Shown piece by piece: positions 5,778 to 20,700 of a stretch of 24,417 nucleotides of DNA. This DNA is from a virus. Taxonomy: Duplodnaviria; Caudoviricetes. Location of the stretch: IMG/VR virus record IMGVR_UViG_3300017909_004166, positions 1 to 24,417 of that record. One strand, written 5' to 3'. The notes under the pieces were generated by a model. It ran no database searches. It was not told the origin of the DNA and saw only the letters and a program-made list of their open reading frames with translations. Both the position numbers and the translations under genes were made by a program. The stretch's first letter is position 1, and each line of letters starts with the position of its first letter.

Positions 5778-8700
5778 GAGGCATCACCGCTGTGGTCTGA
5801 TGTATTGTAGGAGACATCTCCCTTATGCCCCTTCGGGTGCAGAGCCTGTGAGAATCTGGGTTGCACCGTGAAGTCAACTCGACTGGTGGATTCTCCGTCT
5901 TCATTCTCAGTACGACGTCGAGGAGCATCAGCACGGAAGTGTTGTAGCGTATTTTCGCTGATGATGATACGTGTTACTTCGTTGTCCAACTTCGTTGAGT
6001 CGAATCCACTGGCACTCGTACCCAGCAACTTCGGACCCTTGCTGGCTGGCACCGTATCGCTACTTGCGATGTTCATCGTGTATGATGGAGCGTACGGTGG
6101 ATTCGTGTCAGGGTTTGTTCCTCGCACGTAGTATCCGTCGCTTGCACGCCCGTTGGGAACCTCGTAGGTGTACAGACCATACTTACCACCAGCGGTGGCG
6201 CTGAAGTACGTAGGACCGTACTGAGGGCTGCTACTGTGTAGGTTCAAGTTGGAGCGGAACATCTCGACGTGTTGCTTATCCAACAACCTCACAGGTCGCA
6301 GCATGAACGTGATGCTCTTGTCCGTCACATTCGTGCGAGCAGACGCTGAACTGAACACGTTGGTCACATACGGGTTGCTACCGAGGTTGGACACAGCGGT
6401 GCCCCATCCTTGGTCACTGATTGGAGACAGGAAGTTGCGGACCTGTGCGAGGTACGTGCCACCAACAGGAGCGAAGTTGGACGTGTGTGAGAGGCGCATA
6501 ACACCACCCTGAGGTTGTCCAGCGAAGGTGAGACTGGTCAAGTCGTAGTCGCCAAGCGTCTGACTTCCCGTCTGCATACCACCCTGAAGCACCACACGCT
6601 GTCCGACGTTACGGTCTGTGTGTAGACTGTGAGCCTCTGTGTTGATTGCGATGACGTTGTCGTCAACACCCTCGATGTTCTCTGTGTCAAGGCCGATACG
6701 AGGCGAGGAGCGGCTCACAGCATCCTTGTGCACGCTCGTACCGCTCACCGTCTCAACACGGTCACTCACTACCGCCTCTGGCTTCAGGAGGCCATCCTCA
6801 GCGATACCAAGGCGTGCACTGATACCTCGGCTGAGTTCACCTGTCTGAAGGACATCGTTGCGTGCTCTGATGAGACCACCCTTGTGTGCAGGCTCAGCAG
6901 TGTGATGTGAGAGCACGATACCTGTCGTCTGGTCGATTTCATCGAGGTCAGCAAGCACATCTTCGTTGAAGGAAGTGGGGTAGCGGATGCCTCGCCCGTT
7001 CCCCATATCGCCAACACGCTGAGCGTGTGTGGGCATGAACACGTCAACGAGCGTCGTTGTGGAGTTGTTGTTCGTGTTGTTGACACGCCCACCATAGCGT
7101 GGAATCGTCTTACCGGGGCTACTGAGGATGTTGCTTGTACCGATGGTCACCAGTGACTTGAGGTTCACCAACGGATTCCCATCGTTGTAGAGCCTGAGGT
7201 AGGGTGTACGCCCGTTCGTACGGTCGTATTCGTACGCATCTCCAGCATCCCATGCTGGCCGTATACCGAACCCTCTGACCGGATACCGCCGGATATCTTC
7301 ACCTCGGGTGTTGCCCCACCAGTCGACGAGATAGTACTCGACAGCCTTGTCGAGTCGAGCGAGGTTCATACCCTGAGAGTCGCCCCACCAGTCACGTACC
7401 ACCGTGCTTTCGTTTCTGAGCGTCCTAACGGGGCATCCGAACGGTCTCGTCATACGCATACCGTCGGCATATCGAACCTGCATCTCAGGCTTATCGACAC
7501 CGAGTAAACCGCTGAAATTGGTATGACGCTCCAGAATACCGACATATTTCGCGGTATACGATGCGTCGGACTGAGCCGTGTCACCACCTGCGTACGTCCA
7601 AGTCTGCGCCTCATGCTGGACAAGAGGTCCGTGGGTGTACGATGCGCTCGTGTTCGTACTGGTAATTGCTGCTTCCCTGAACGCTCTTGCTCCGTACAGC
7701 GCCCACTGGGGCTTGTTGTAGGGTTGACGCAGACCAACGCGATAGCCGAATGGACGAGTGCGCGTTTGTACTGGTGTGAATGTGAGTGTGGTGTTTGAGT
7801 TGGTAGCGGTCGCGTTTGCGCTCAACTCAAAGGTCGTACCATTGGTGATAGACGAAACCGTGGTACTGCCCGGTATACCAGTACCGCTCACACCCATACC
7901 AACTACGAGTTTCGCCGTGGAATCCATGGTAACGGTGGCGTCTGTGTTCGTAGTATCACATGTAGCATCAGTAAACGAATCGTACGAGGATTTCGCAAGT
8001 CCATTTGAGACAACGTATGAGCCGTCATCGTCTTGGTCGTTCCACACTGGACCATCGAAGTTGTAGTCACGTGGGAAGTCCCAAGATGCCGATACGTAGC
8101 CGTATCCGTCCAAACGACTGACAAGAGGCCCTCCACGACTACCACAAGGCCAGAAGTGATTGAGCATGACCTTGGTTGATGCGTCGGTTGAGTCGAACTG
8201 ACCACCTTGGTGCACGTGTGGATTGTTGAGAGAATCGATGGACTGAGCCGTAGCGACTGAACCATCACCACCGTAGTATACGAGTTCTCCAGTTGCCACC
8301 CCCGATACGGTTTCGTTCACTGTGATGGTCGTCCCATTATCGCTCGAAACCGTGAATCCTTGCCCGTCTACGAAGATATGCGTGCTCGCAGACAATGCTG
8401 TACCAGTATCAGTCACAATCGTCGAGGAAGTTGTGGACTGAACTGTTCGATATCCACCGCTCTTGACCGCTTGCTCGGGCGGTTTCGGTGTCTTCATGTG
8501 CAGAGCGAACGGGCCAAGGCTGGCGTAATAGGACGCATCGTGGTAGTGAATCGTCTCAAAGTGCTCTGGCATGCTGTTGTACGGCTTCTTGTCGACAGCG
8601 CGGTCACCTGTCGGAGACAGCCAAGTGCGGGTAGAATCGGAGTAGAACGTGTGCGGACGGCCAAGATTCGGATGCCAGAGGCAAAGGAATGCATCTGCGA

Positions 8701-11700
8701 GGTGCAGGCTGTTGGTATCCCTTGTACCCTGCAAGAACGGTGTGATGGTGGTCGGAGCGGGTGAAGCCGTGGCATCAGTCAGAATTGTTCCTGCCTTACG
8801 GAAGTTGTAAGCACGGGTCAATCTCAACTTCGTCCCGGCAGTCAAATTGCTCGTAAAAGTCGAGTTTGCGACGATTGTGAACTGTTTTGGCTTGTTCATG
8901 TTCGTCGCATCATAGCCACTTCGCTCCGTGTAGGTGTGCGTTCGGATGACTCCATTCGCATCTGTGTACTCCAACTTGTTACCGTAATACGGCGTCTTGG
9001 GGAATCCGCGAGCGTCATCAACAGTGATTACAGTACTTGTTACCGTTTCTACTACACAAACCGGATTCAGACTTACATTTTCCAACACTTCTGAGTATAT
9101 ATCTGGATAGTTTGAGGGATATCCTGCAAGTGTCAACTGTGTTGCGATACTACCTGTGGAGGTGCGTGTGAATTCGTAGTAATTGTCCAGTTTGTGCCAA
9201 GAAAGGTGTCTGAAGCCCTCTGCGGTGCTGTCATCGGGTCCAACTTCGTGAACGATGCTGTACCAAGGGATGTTGCTGGTGAAGCCGGGTGTTGCCTCTG
9301 TGTAGGTGTTGACTGAATACGGCAAGGACCTGCGAGACAAAGAGGGAGATTCGGTAGCGTTGACGCCGAATGAGTTGAACAGCGTCATCGGTGGGAGATT
9401 GGTGAACTGAGAGCCGAAATCTGGGTCGATGTCCACCATGACCTCGTTGATGAAGACCTCACAGCCACGTACATCTGCCATTGTCGCATTCGCCAGAACG
9501 AGCGCAAGAGCCCCAGTACTGCTGTCAGGCTCACGAATACCGATGACCAGAGCGACTTGTTGACTCGTCAACTCATCCACTGTAGAGTCTGGTAGGTCAT
9601 CAGCAGGGCCGTTCTCATGGAATCCGATGAGTTGTGACTTGAACACGTTCGGTTGAATGACGATTTGGTACGCACCAACCTCAGAGGGGTCAGGGAAGTG
9701 ATGCTTGAGTGTGTACGTCGCAGCAGCCTCCAGCACGATTGTATGGCCACCCTTGCTGTTGATGACGCCAGCCTGTCCCTTGGAGGCCAGTACACCGTAT
9801 CCGTCATGCTTGACCTTCGTCTCAAACATCAATGAGAACGAACCACCGTGGATATCGCTGGGGCCACTGGGTGTGGCTGTCATACTGCTGACGACCAGTT
9901 GTGGGTCGTATCCTGTGATTTGGTCCGTCACGCTGGATGCGATGCTACCCTTGAGTGTTGAGAGCCCCTCAGCACGCATCAGAGCGAGTTCAGCGTTCTC
10001 CACGGTAGCGGACCTTGAGGAGCGGTGGAGGTTGTACAGAGACTGGTATGCGGGATGAGCCCAGTGACCGGGCATCATCGCCATCGTCGCATTGACGAAA
10101 TGATGACCCATACTGGGGATTGCCATCGGTGTCAACTTGGGCTTCCTCAGAATCTCATGAGCCAGTGTCGCACTGGTGACATCGTCAAAGTAGAGCGTAT
10201 GTGCCATATCTGGGCTGTTTCCGCTGACTTCCGCATGGTCACGCATTCTTCTCGCAGCGAAGAAACGAGTGCTACCAGCAGGAACGTAGTATGACGGTAC
10301 GACCTTGAGAGCGGTGATATCTCCTGTCACGAGTGAATCGAACTCAGCATCACCCACACATCCCGTGAATGTCGCACCTGAGATGCCGGTATACGATGCT
10401 ACGCCACCACGGTCCGTCGTTGGGTTGTACAGGCGTAGGAATCGTCGTCCATCCGACTCACTGTCACCGAATCCGGACGGGAAGATGGCCGTGTTGACGG
10501 TCGCACTCACCGTGAGCGTGCCTGAGGAGAACGATACACCCGTCAGGTCCTGATTCGTAATCCCGCTGCTATGAGAGTATACCGTGGGATATCGGTGCGT
10601 ATGCGTGTTTCCGCACTTCGTGATATGGAAGAAGAGCGTACGGTCGTGCAACTCGTACGACGAGTCCAGAGGAGCGTTGCCGGTAGCAGCCTCCCAACCC
10701 TTGCGGGTCATGTCAGGGTACGCTTCTCCAACGGCTGCTTGGCTGATGTGGTCCCATTCGTGGTCGCTGAACGTTGGCCCAAGGCGAGGGCCGTCCGTTT
10801 CATCAGTGAAGTTACCCTTGATGTCCGTAGCGATGTCAGGGCGCAACATACCGCCGCTTCCCATAGTCTCCGTCTGGTACCCTTGGAGGCGGTCGAATCC
10901 AGAGCGTACAATGAGGTTACCGGGGATGGAGTCAGGGTTCGGTAGTCGTACCCTCAGGTTGGGCTCATTGCCGCTTCCTGCGAGTGCTGGAGCGAGTCCC
11001 TGCACCTCACGGTCCGTAATGGTCCTGAACGCTCTGATGATGGTCCCGAAGGGTGAACCACCCTCGACAGTGTGAACTTGTCCCGTATCATCGACTACTT
11101 GGACTTCCTCAAACTGCAATTCCTCGTTAGGGATGGACAGAGCGTTTCGGAGTTGTTGCGGGTGACGCAAGGAAATCTGGGGGTGATTCAATTCCTGCGA
11201 CTGAACGACGGGGAACATCACAGCGTTGGTGGTCTCAAAGGAGAATCGACAGTTGCCGAGAAGCCGCTCACCCGTGGTATACGCCGTAGAACCACTGACA
11301 CGTGTGATATGAGGCACTGCACCCATACCGCGTGCATTCGCTGCGGGCAGGGATAGGTTGCCTCCATCCATGCGCTTCCACACCACGTGCTCGACGCTGA
11401 AGTTGCGAGAGGGGGTGTTGGCCGCAAGTTGGTATGCATTGAGGTCACCGAGCCAGTAGTCATCCTGTGCGTACTTGTTGGTGAAGGTTGATTCCGATGT
11501 ACCCTCAATGAACTTCGTCACGAGGTTGCGCTCCACGGAGCCTGCATCCTCAAGATGGAATGAGCCGGGGCTGACGTCCATATCGAAGAACAAATCGCCT
11601 GTCTTGGCGAAACAAGGCTCAGCGTTGTTGATGGTGCCATCCTCAGAAGGTTGAACGTGGAACTGATACGCCGCTGTGATGATGTCGCCTGTGGGTGCTG

Positions 11701-14700
11701 ATGTACCGTCAGCGATGAGAGCCTCAATGTTTGGACCAGCCGTAGCAGGCGCTACGAAGCGCTCACTGTCGTGGAACCGCTCACTCCACTGTGTTGTACC
11801 GGCAAAGGTGATTGCGGTCGCTGCAGCGACGCTCTGGCGCGTCTTAGAGGTAACAGAGAGCCAATCACCAGTCGCAGTGATACCGTCCCTGTCGTGCTTC
11901 GCAACGAGCGGTAATTCACTCTCGTATGAAACGACGAGGAAGCCTCGACTGTATACACCCTGATGGAAGTGCAGTGAACGGGGAAGGCTGAACGTGTTGT
12001 CCGTGACATCAACCAGATGTAGTGGCTTGTTGCTGTAGGTTGAATCCTCAGCGTCAGCGAACGTGTAACTCGTGTAGAATGTGTTGGAGGAGGCCAAGTT
12101 CCTCGTCCACTGATACTCTTCTGCGTAGGTGTCTGCGTTGCTATGACCGCTAACACGAGGAGAAGATTCAGGACTATACTTCATCGGATGAATGTGGGGA
12201 AGATGTCCGAACACACTCATGCACGAGTTCGCTGAACCGTATGGTGAGAATCCGAGTGCTGGGTGCCATGCTCCCAAACCTGCAGCGTATCCTTCTGTAC
12301 CGACCTTGAGTGTGTTGAGGTACGAGTATCGCTCTCCTGACCACCCAACGACGCCAACAGGACGTGTACGGTCGATGGCGTCAACAAGGCCAGAGAAATG
12401 CACCTGAGCCATGTGGTCTCGCGAGGTTGAACTGCTTGTGTTGTTGTAGCGATGTACACCTGCCTTCGTCCACACATACACCTTGCTGGCATGTGTATCG
12501 AGCATCGATGTTGATGGGAGAGTAGCGTTCGTTTGGTCCGTATCAACATCGTAGAATGTCGTGTAATCCTCCAATACAGGTAGTCCTGTGATACGGTTGG
12601 GTGCGAGCCAGAATCGCACAGTCCATGTTCCGCTGTCATCATAGACCTCACGACTATGGTATGGTGCGAACGTAGGTGTGGTCGCTAATCCAGTCGTACG
12701 ACTGAGAGGGCTCCTACCTCCACCCTTCGTACGAATCCATCCCGACTGTGGAATCTGCTCCAACAGGTCTTGAGTTCCACCTGCTCCCTTGGCTTCTACG
12801 TATACGTGGCTTGTTGTCAGAGACTGAGCGGTGGCTGGGTCTTGGCTGAGTGTACCATCGACTTCGTAGTCCACGTAATCGAGTTCTACCCAGCCGTAGC
12901 GGTCTTGTCGCATGGCACCTCCCATGCTCGGCAAGAAGGTGCCTCCCATCGCCTTCAGTGCACCCTTACCGGGATTCTCATTGATGGCTTGACCGAGGAT
13001 GGCTGCAAGTTCCTCACCGTTCTGACAGCGTGTAGCATCGACGACGATGTAGTCACGGTCGAAGTTGCTTGCAGTCTCCGCACTCGCTCCTGCCATCATA
13101 GCGGTCGCAAGTGCACCAGAGACACGGAATGCTGTCGGATTGACCTGATTCCATGACTCCTTGACAATGCGATAGTCCGACTTCTGCATTGGTGGGTTGA
13201 AGGACATCTGATTGTCGAGCCATGAACCACCCGGTAGGTATCCCCCATCCATATGATACGTCAAATCTGCACTCATCGTGATACCGTATCCAACAATGGA
13301 ATTGTGCTTGTACGGGTGTGCTCGCTTGTAATCATCGAAGTTGTTGCTGTTGACACGCGTCGAGGCACCATTACCGACAGGATTCGTGAAGTGCTCCCCG
13401 AAGTGATATCCGTGCTCTGGGCGTTGTAGAAGACCGTACGAATTCTCTGTACCGACGTTCGGTACACCTTGTGCTGGGGACCAATTGAGGTGTGTATGGA
13501 AGTTCCAGCGGTGCCTCCTCGACGTGTAGTTGGAGGTCTCAGGACCGTAATCACCAGCGCTGTTCTTCGCATCGTTCGGTAGATTCACTCCGGTAGGCAC
13601 CTTACTCCAGATGTTCCCGGTTGTGATGACATAGCCGGGGTGTGGTTCAACTACAGCATCGTCATCACTGGTTGAACTGAATGGGAATGCTTGACCGGGG
13701 CCGTAGATGATGTACGCCGTGTGGTCCTGTTCGCTGTTCTTGTGGTCATCGAATCGGGCATTGGGATGAGCAACGCGAACGATGAGTGGAGTTGGTCGTT
13801 GCATCACCATACCGTTCGTATACCGCGATTCCACGAAGGATGGTAGCGAAGAATGCCTTGTGTGATTACTCACATCGAGGTCAGGAGACAAGATGCTGTC
13901 CTTGTTTGCTGCAGGGTGGCTGATGCTCCCACGGTGCTGATTGAGCATCGGTGTGGCTGGAAAGAACGCCAGCATCGCATTGCAGTCGAGCATAGCGAAG
14001 GAAGTGCTGATTTCGTTCGCATGCTGGATACCTGCGGTTCCTGTGGGTCCAGCAGCGTACGGGTGTGTGTAGAAGTCGCCGTAGTCGTTCTGCGTCCCAT
14101 CGTTGACATCTAACACGACACCACTGAAACCGCCACCGAAGTACAGTGGTACGTAGTGGTCAGGACTATCTCGACCTCCTTTGAACAGGACAACAGGCTC
14201 ACTGTCAACGTTACCGTGCAATCTGTATCCAGCAATCGTCTGCCCTAAACCACCAAATCGAATGAATGCACCAGCAGCGTTTATCGAAGCACCACCGAAC
14301 TCATCGAACCACGCTTGATTAGATTCTTCATTAACGAAGGTGAATTTGCTCAGACTGTCAGAACCCTGAATCGAAGAGATGAGAGCGTATTTGTCACTGC
14401 CATGGTAGAACTTCGCTTTCTCACCAAAGGACAGTTCACGGTCGAAGGTGCTGAGTGGAGATGCTTCTTGCCCCGCAGGAATCAAAGCGTGATTGATGAG
14501 ATTGTTCGTGTCCAGCGTGAAGACGTTGCCACTGTTGGAGTGAGTGGATGTGATGAGTGTCGAGCCATCGAGTGCTGGGAGGATGTGGTCACCCGGAGCA
14601 CGAGTGTATGCTCTTCCCTTCAGATTGTCTTCCCAACTCTTTGTGGAGACGGGGTTGTTGAATGAGTCCACAAGCACTGGAGTCGCTGTGTTGGCGTTGA

Positions 14701-17700
14701 AGCCGCGACTCTTCGTGCGGATTTGAAGCACGGTCTTGGGGAGATATCCACAGTCAACTTGACGATGCTTGTCAATGACAGTGTCTGAGAACGGTTCATT
14801 GTAGGTGTTGGTGGATGTGATGGTCCAAGAGCCGCTGGATTGCTTGAGAGTATCATACTCACCATATTCGATGTGCGCTGCTTGAATACCATAGTCAGTG
14901 AACAACTCTGCTTCAAACATCTTGGAGAGCACACGAGCACCATTCGATGGGTTGTGAGCACGTACTCTGATAGCATCTTCACGCAATCCCCAATCACCAA
15001 GAGTGCGTCCGTCAGCAGCGTAGAAGTGTCGACAATCGACAGGAATACCCTCTTCGATATTCGGATTCTGTGAATTGATTGCGATATATGTGGCATATGC
15101 CAGTACCTCATCAGTCAACAGGGTTGTCTGATTGATGTGGGGTGTGAGAAGACAACTCAGCGTGTTCGTAGCATCATCTGAGCGAGGGTATGTGAAACTC
15201 CCACTGTTATCGTTCGCAACGGGTCCACTCGTGATGTAGTGAGAAGGAGTAAACGATGCTCCCCGAACGCCGAAGAACTTGTGAGTTCCTGCGAGTCCCT
15301 CAGTGGTTCTCGATTCGTATGAGAATGTATTACCCAGAGAGCCGTTGTTCGTAAGGCCACTGTCATGGAACGTGTCGTTGAGTTGGAAGACTCCATTCTC
15401 CTTGGGGAATCCAAGGTAACCAAGGATGTCAATATCTGAGTCGAATGCTGTTGTAGCAGGTGATGTGTTGTCGAATGGAGACTGAAGAGCGACGGTCATC
15501 TCAGTGTTACTGTCATCATCCCAAGTGACGTGAGCGTGAATCCCAACACTCGGTCCATACGTCCCACGCCATCGATTTCCACGGAATGTCTTCAACGTCA
15601 GACCTGTTGTGGCGATTCGACCAGTTGTGTCGCCACCACCGAGCATGTGATTGCCCAGCGTGAAACCACCTTGTCCGATGTCACTATCATCGATGTAGAC
15701 GACGATTTCCTCATCCATGGTCGAAGGGAGGACAGTGAGTTCATTGGCGAACCCTTCTCCCAACTTACGGTAGACATAGCGAACACCATACCCGTTACCT
15801 CGATGGTCCTCAAATCTGAATCCGTAGAGGTCAGCACTACCAATGTCGTCATCGTTGACATCGTTCGGGTTGATGTGGTCAGTATAATCGTCAAAGGACT
15901 CTTGACTCACACCGCCAATCTTGAACGCATTTCCGTACTTGACGTCGAACTTCGATGTACCGCGCCGTCCGAAGCCGAAAGTTCCAGCATCAGGAGCGAA
16001 GCCGGGAACACCAGAGGCAACAAGGCCCCCGAAGTTGATGCGGCCGACTGCTTGCTTTGCCGCCCTCAATCCTTCGACAAGTGTCGTAGAAGGACTTTGA
16101 GCGGTGTATGACTCATCATTCACGGAGTTCGCATTGATGCCACCAAGTCGAGCAGACACGTTCCTCTGCTCTGGGTTTGCAGTCTCACTCGTCCGAGCAC
16201 CGATGTCGTGATTGCTTGAGAATGGTCGGTCAGGTTCTTCCTGTGATAGCAACTCCCTCAATGTCGTGATTGGTGCGAAGGGGCGACCGTGCTTGTTGAG
16301 AGGCATCGGAGCAGGGTGCATATTCTCACCCTCGATTTCATCAGGCTGACACCAGAAGTTTCGGAATCGACCTCCATGACCAATGAGGAACTGAGGCTTG
16401 TATGTTGACTGACCCTTACTGTTGTCCAACCAAACCGAGAAGTTTCGACCACTGGCTCCGGGGACTGTGGAGTGGATGATGATTGAGAATCCCTCATTTC
16501 CATCAAGGTCCTCGATGACTCGCCCCATGTGAGCACGAACATAACCCATGTGCGTTCCTCGGTCGCTGGACTCAAACGACTGGTTCGTGTCCCACCATGG
16601 TGCCGGGTCGTGCGTACTACCTGTACGCTTGAGGTCAGCACTCACACTCTGACCCTTCTTCGCCGCTCCTTGGTTGACCAACCTCACGATTTCACGAGCC
16701 GCTGTCTCAACGTCTGTGACGCCATCTTTGAGCGCAACTTCGCCGAAGTCAATCTTCAGGCGACGAACGAAATCCATCTTGGTCCACTGTGGGAGATGTT
16801 TGAGTCGTGATTCTTCATGGTCGGTCAGAGACAACTCAGTGCTACGAATACCCTTCAAACAGAGGAAGGCTGAGATAACACGCGTTCCATCAGGAGTATC
16901 AAACGTCGTGCTGGAGTCTCGCAGAGAGTAGCCTGACGTAGCCTGCCCGCTCCTGTGCTGTTTGAGAGCAGAGACGAAGTCGTCGTTGAAGGCCGACTTA
17001 CGAGTCAACGTGTGGATTCTGTTCGACCAATAGACCGAGGCCACTGCTGGTTGAACTCTCGGCAACGAACTGTCAGCAATCGCATGTGTGTTGCTGAACT
17101 GCTCTTGGTAGAGACCAGTGTGAACGAAATGCCCGTGTCCTTTCCCCTTGACGTGTTTGTTCTTACTCGGATTATCGAGGTCACCGAGAACATACTTGGC
17201 GATGGAGCCAGCGGTACCGTTCAACAAATCCTTGGTACTCGCATTAGCAATATCATGAGCGTATGCGCTCTCAATGAACTTGGACTGTTGCGTAGCGCGA
17301 AGGTAGCGATTCTCTGAAGGGAATCCATTTGCTACGTCAATCTGAGTAGCAAGATAGTGAGGTGCACCACCGTTGTGCCCCGCCAAGAACTTGTCAAGCG
17401 CCTTTGTGTCTGGACTTTCATCGGAGACAAAGCGATTGTAACCGATGCCGGGAGTTGCAGCACCGCTCTGAACTTGCATGTGGATGTCATGGAATGCGAT
17501 GAACTCACGGTCATGAGCCACATCATACAGTAGAACGCGAGCGTGACTGTCATCAGCGAGGTATGGGTCGACGTACGCAATCGTTGGTGCCTGACTCGCA
17601 TCGAGACCCATTGATTCGTAGTTGAGTTCGATGGTCTTGTTGATGTGCTGAGCGAAGTTCTGCGCTGTCTCAAAGCACGTGTTGCCGATGAGGAAGTTCT

Positions 17701-20700
17701 CCAGAGGAATAGAATCTCTCGGTCGAGAGGCAGCAAGCGTTCCTTCACCACCATTGAATCCTCGCCACACTTGGTGCTGATTCATCACACCACGCGACTT
17801 TGCGAACAGACCCTCGATTGCGTGAGGGTTGTTCAGAGTCATGTTCATCCAAACAGTATCCCCATTTCGCAGACCACCCTGTGCGAATGGGTGTTGCCAT
17901 GAAACGTTGAGGAGTGCGTCGGGGTCATTGTTGAGCAGTGTCCCGCTACCCACTCCTACCAAGTGACCAGATGTTGCCGCATTAGCAGAGCCTGCCGCAA
18001 GTGTGACAGTGGTGTAAGCAACACCACCTACTCTTTCTGACTCAACTGCGGCTACTTGACCGAGATACTCAGTGTCGGAGCCGTCGATAGCAGAATATGT
18101 CGCAGTACCGGCAGTCCACAAATGGTCCCCTTCACGGATGTTGGTTCCAGTCGAGTTAGCGTGAGCAAAGCGATTCGCTGAGTTAGTAATCTGAATCGTC
18201 GTATCTGAGGCCGATACAGCAGCATTGAACGTCCACTGGTTAGCGCTGGTTGATGGGAAGTGAACCGCAGCCAACTTTTCACTGGTGGTGAGAGCGGATG
18301 AAGTCGGACTGTCAACTGACAGAATGGAGTGACCGGCCCGCACCAGTCTGACTCTTGCTCCTTTCAACTGCGCCGCTGTCAGGGACGAGTTCATCTGAGC
18401 GATGACGACATTCTCAGGCTCGTTCGACGAACTGATTGAGTTGCCGAAGTAGAGTCCTTCAACAGGTGTTGAACCAACGGGCGTCACCTCAACCACATAC
18501 AACAAGTCACCTTGCTCAAAGGTCGGATTACCTGAAGAATCAAGGGAGAAGGGGACATCAGGGAATAGAGAGGCGTCTTCAAGAGTCAGGAATGTCAATC
18601 CGAGTGCCGTGCTTCCACTGATAGCGCGAGTCTCAGCAACACCTGATTGAGTGCGAGGAGCGTGCGGATTCGTCAAAGGTCCAGCCTTGAATTCAACAGC
18701 GCTCACATACTGTCTCAGGCCGTAGTCGAGGTTACCACCTTGAGTCTCAACATTCGCAGCATCATGGTAGAATGGGGAACGGCCCTCGTAGTCAGAGGAA
18801 GGCGTTGTGATGTCGGAGTCCAGAGGAACGAGAACTTCACCACGGAAGTTTTGCGCTGCGTGAATCGGTGAGCCGACAACGGCTGTGTCGAAGAAGTTGG
18901 CAGAGAAACCATCGTGATATCCATTCGTCGCTGAAGCGTTCTTGGGAATGTTGAGATATGCTCCTGAAGCGGGGTTGTTGTTGTAGATAGCCCACTCGCC
19001 GTTGGGGAGGAAGACTCGGCGATATCTCAGATACTTCTTCAGGTTACCATAGTCTTGGGAAGTTGCGACTGTCACAGGCGGGAACATCTCTGGGTGTGTG
19101 ATGTAGACACGGAAGTTATTGGCACCGTCATCTTCGATGCGCATGATTGTGGCTGATGAGACGAAGGAGTCTGTGGTCAGTGAGTATGTGTAAGCAGAGT
19201 TCGCAGAGCGGTCTGCAACCTGAAGGTCGTCTGGTCGACGTCCAACAGGTGAGGGATTCCACGTGTGAGCCGTGAATGTCGCATCGACCCAGAGTGACAT
19301 GCTGTTGTCGGGTCCGGGGAAGATGCCCTCCTCTTCGTGGTCGAAGAACTGCTTCGGGAAGACTGGAATCTCAACCATGGCTCGCGTGCTTGCGAACTGC
19401 GTACCGAGTTGGTAGTCGTGACTGACTGTATCCATCGACTGGAACAGCCGGTCATTCACGGTGCTACCGTCTTCAACTATCGAATCATTGCCGAAACTCC
19501 CATCGTTGAACACGTTCTCACTGATGCGGTCCCGTGTACCACTGACGAATGTGTTCCCTACAATCGCCGCCGCATTGCACCAGAGGAAGAAGTTGGCGTG
19601 AGCAATGCCGTCTGGACCAACGAACCTACGTTCCCCAACGGGGTCACCTGCATTCGTGAACAAGAATGAGCCGCTGTTCTTTGACGAGTATTCTGCATTC
19701 GCCCCATTGCTCAGGTAGATGCGACCCTTCTTTGGGAAACAGTACGTTCCCCACGACTCCAAGTCTGGAGAGAGGTTGTTGAGTGGTTGGATGTCGAGGA
19801 TGTTGTTCGTAGCCGTGGTGTTGTTGAATGCAAGAACACCGACAGCCTGCACTGCACAGGAGCGTCGGGTCGAGCCGGGAAGTCGCATCAACTGACTTGG
19901 GTCGAAGGAAGGCTTCGTGTTGACCGCCCCTTGCCCCGGTCCACCGAGCGTCACTGTGACAACAGGAGCGTTCGGCTCGATTTCCTTGACGATATGGGAG
20001 TCAGGTGAGCCCTGTCCCGCCAATGAGACGTTGCTGGAAAGAACGCTCTCAGCGACACCAGAGGCCGTGACTTCGACAATGAATTGATTGTCCTCTGGGT
20101 TGACCTCAGTTTTCGCTCCCCGTATACGTGTACGAGACATGAGGACCAAGAACTCTGCACGGTTCGGGTCATCACCAGTGACCTCTGTTCGGATGCCAGA
20201 GAGCATGTTCGTTCTCGCTCGGTTGGAAGGTTGAACGTAGATTCGCTGAGTGAACTCATTAACACGAATGTTGTCAATGATATCGTATACTTCATTGATG
20301 GGTGTTGCACCAAAAGTGGGGCCGATATCGAACTCCGCAGTAGCGGTCTTCTCGGTCACAGGTGCAATCGCATCAGTTAGTGTCGTTGATGTGGTTCCTT
20401 GAGAAACTTCAGTTCGTGCAAGCACCATCTTATGGTACACTGATTCGTGGGCACCTGTGACATGTGAACGCCGAATGACCTGAGGAGTTGTGTTCGGCTC
20501 AGCATTGACGTTACTGACAGGCGTGTAGACGGCGGGGGTTCGACTTAGGTCAAACTCAGGCTCGGAGTCTGTGCCGCCTGTATTGTCACCAATCAAACCG
20601 TTTGTCTCAAAAAACTCCTTACCTATTCCAGTATCCGTTTGAGAAACTTCCAGATAACCACCGGGAGCGTAGAGACGTGTATCAATTCCCGAGTTAGCAA

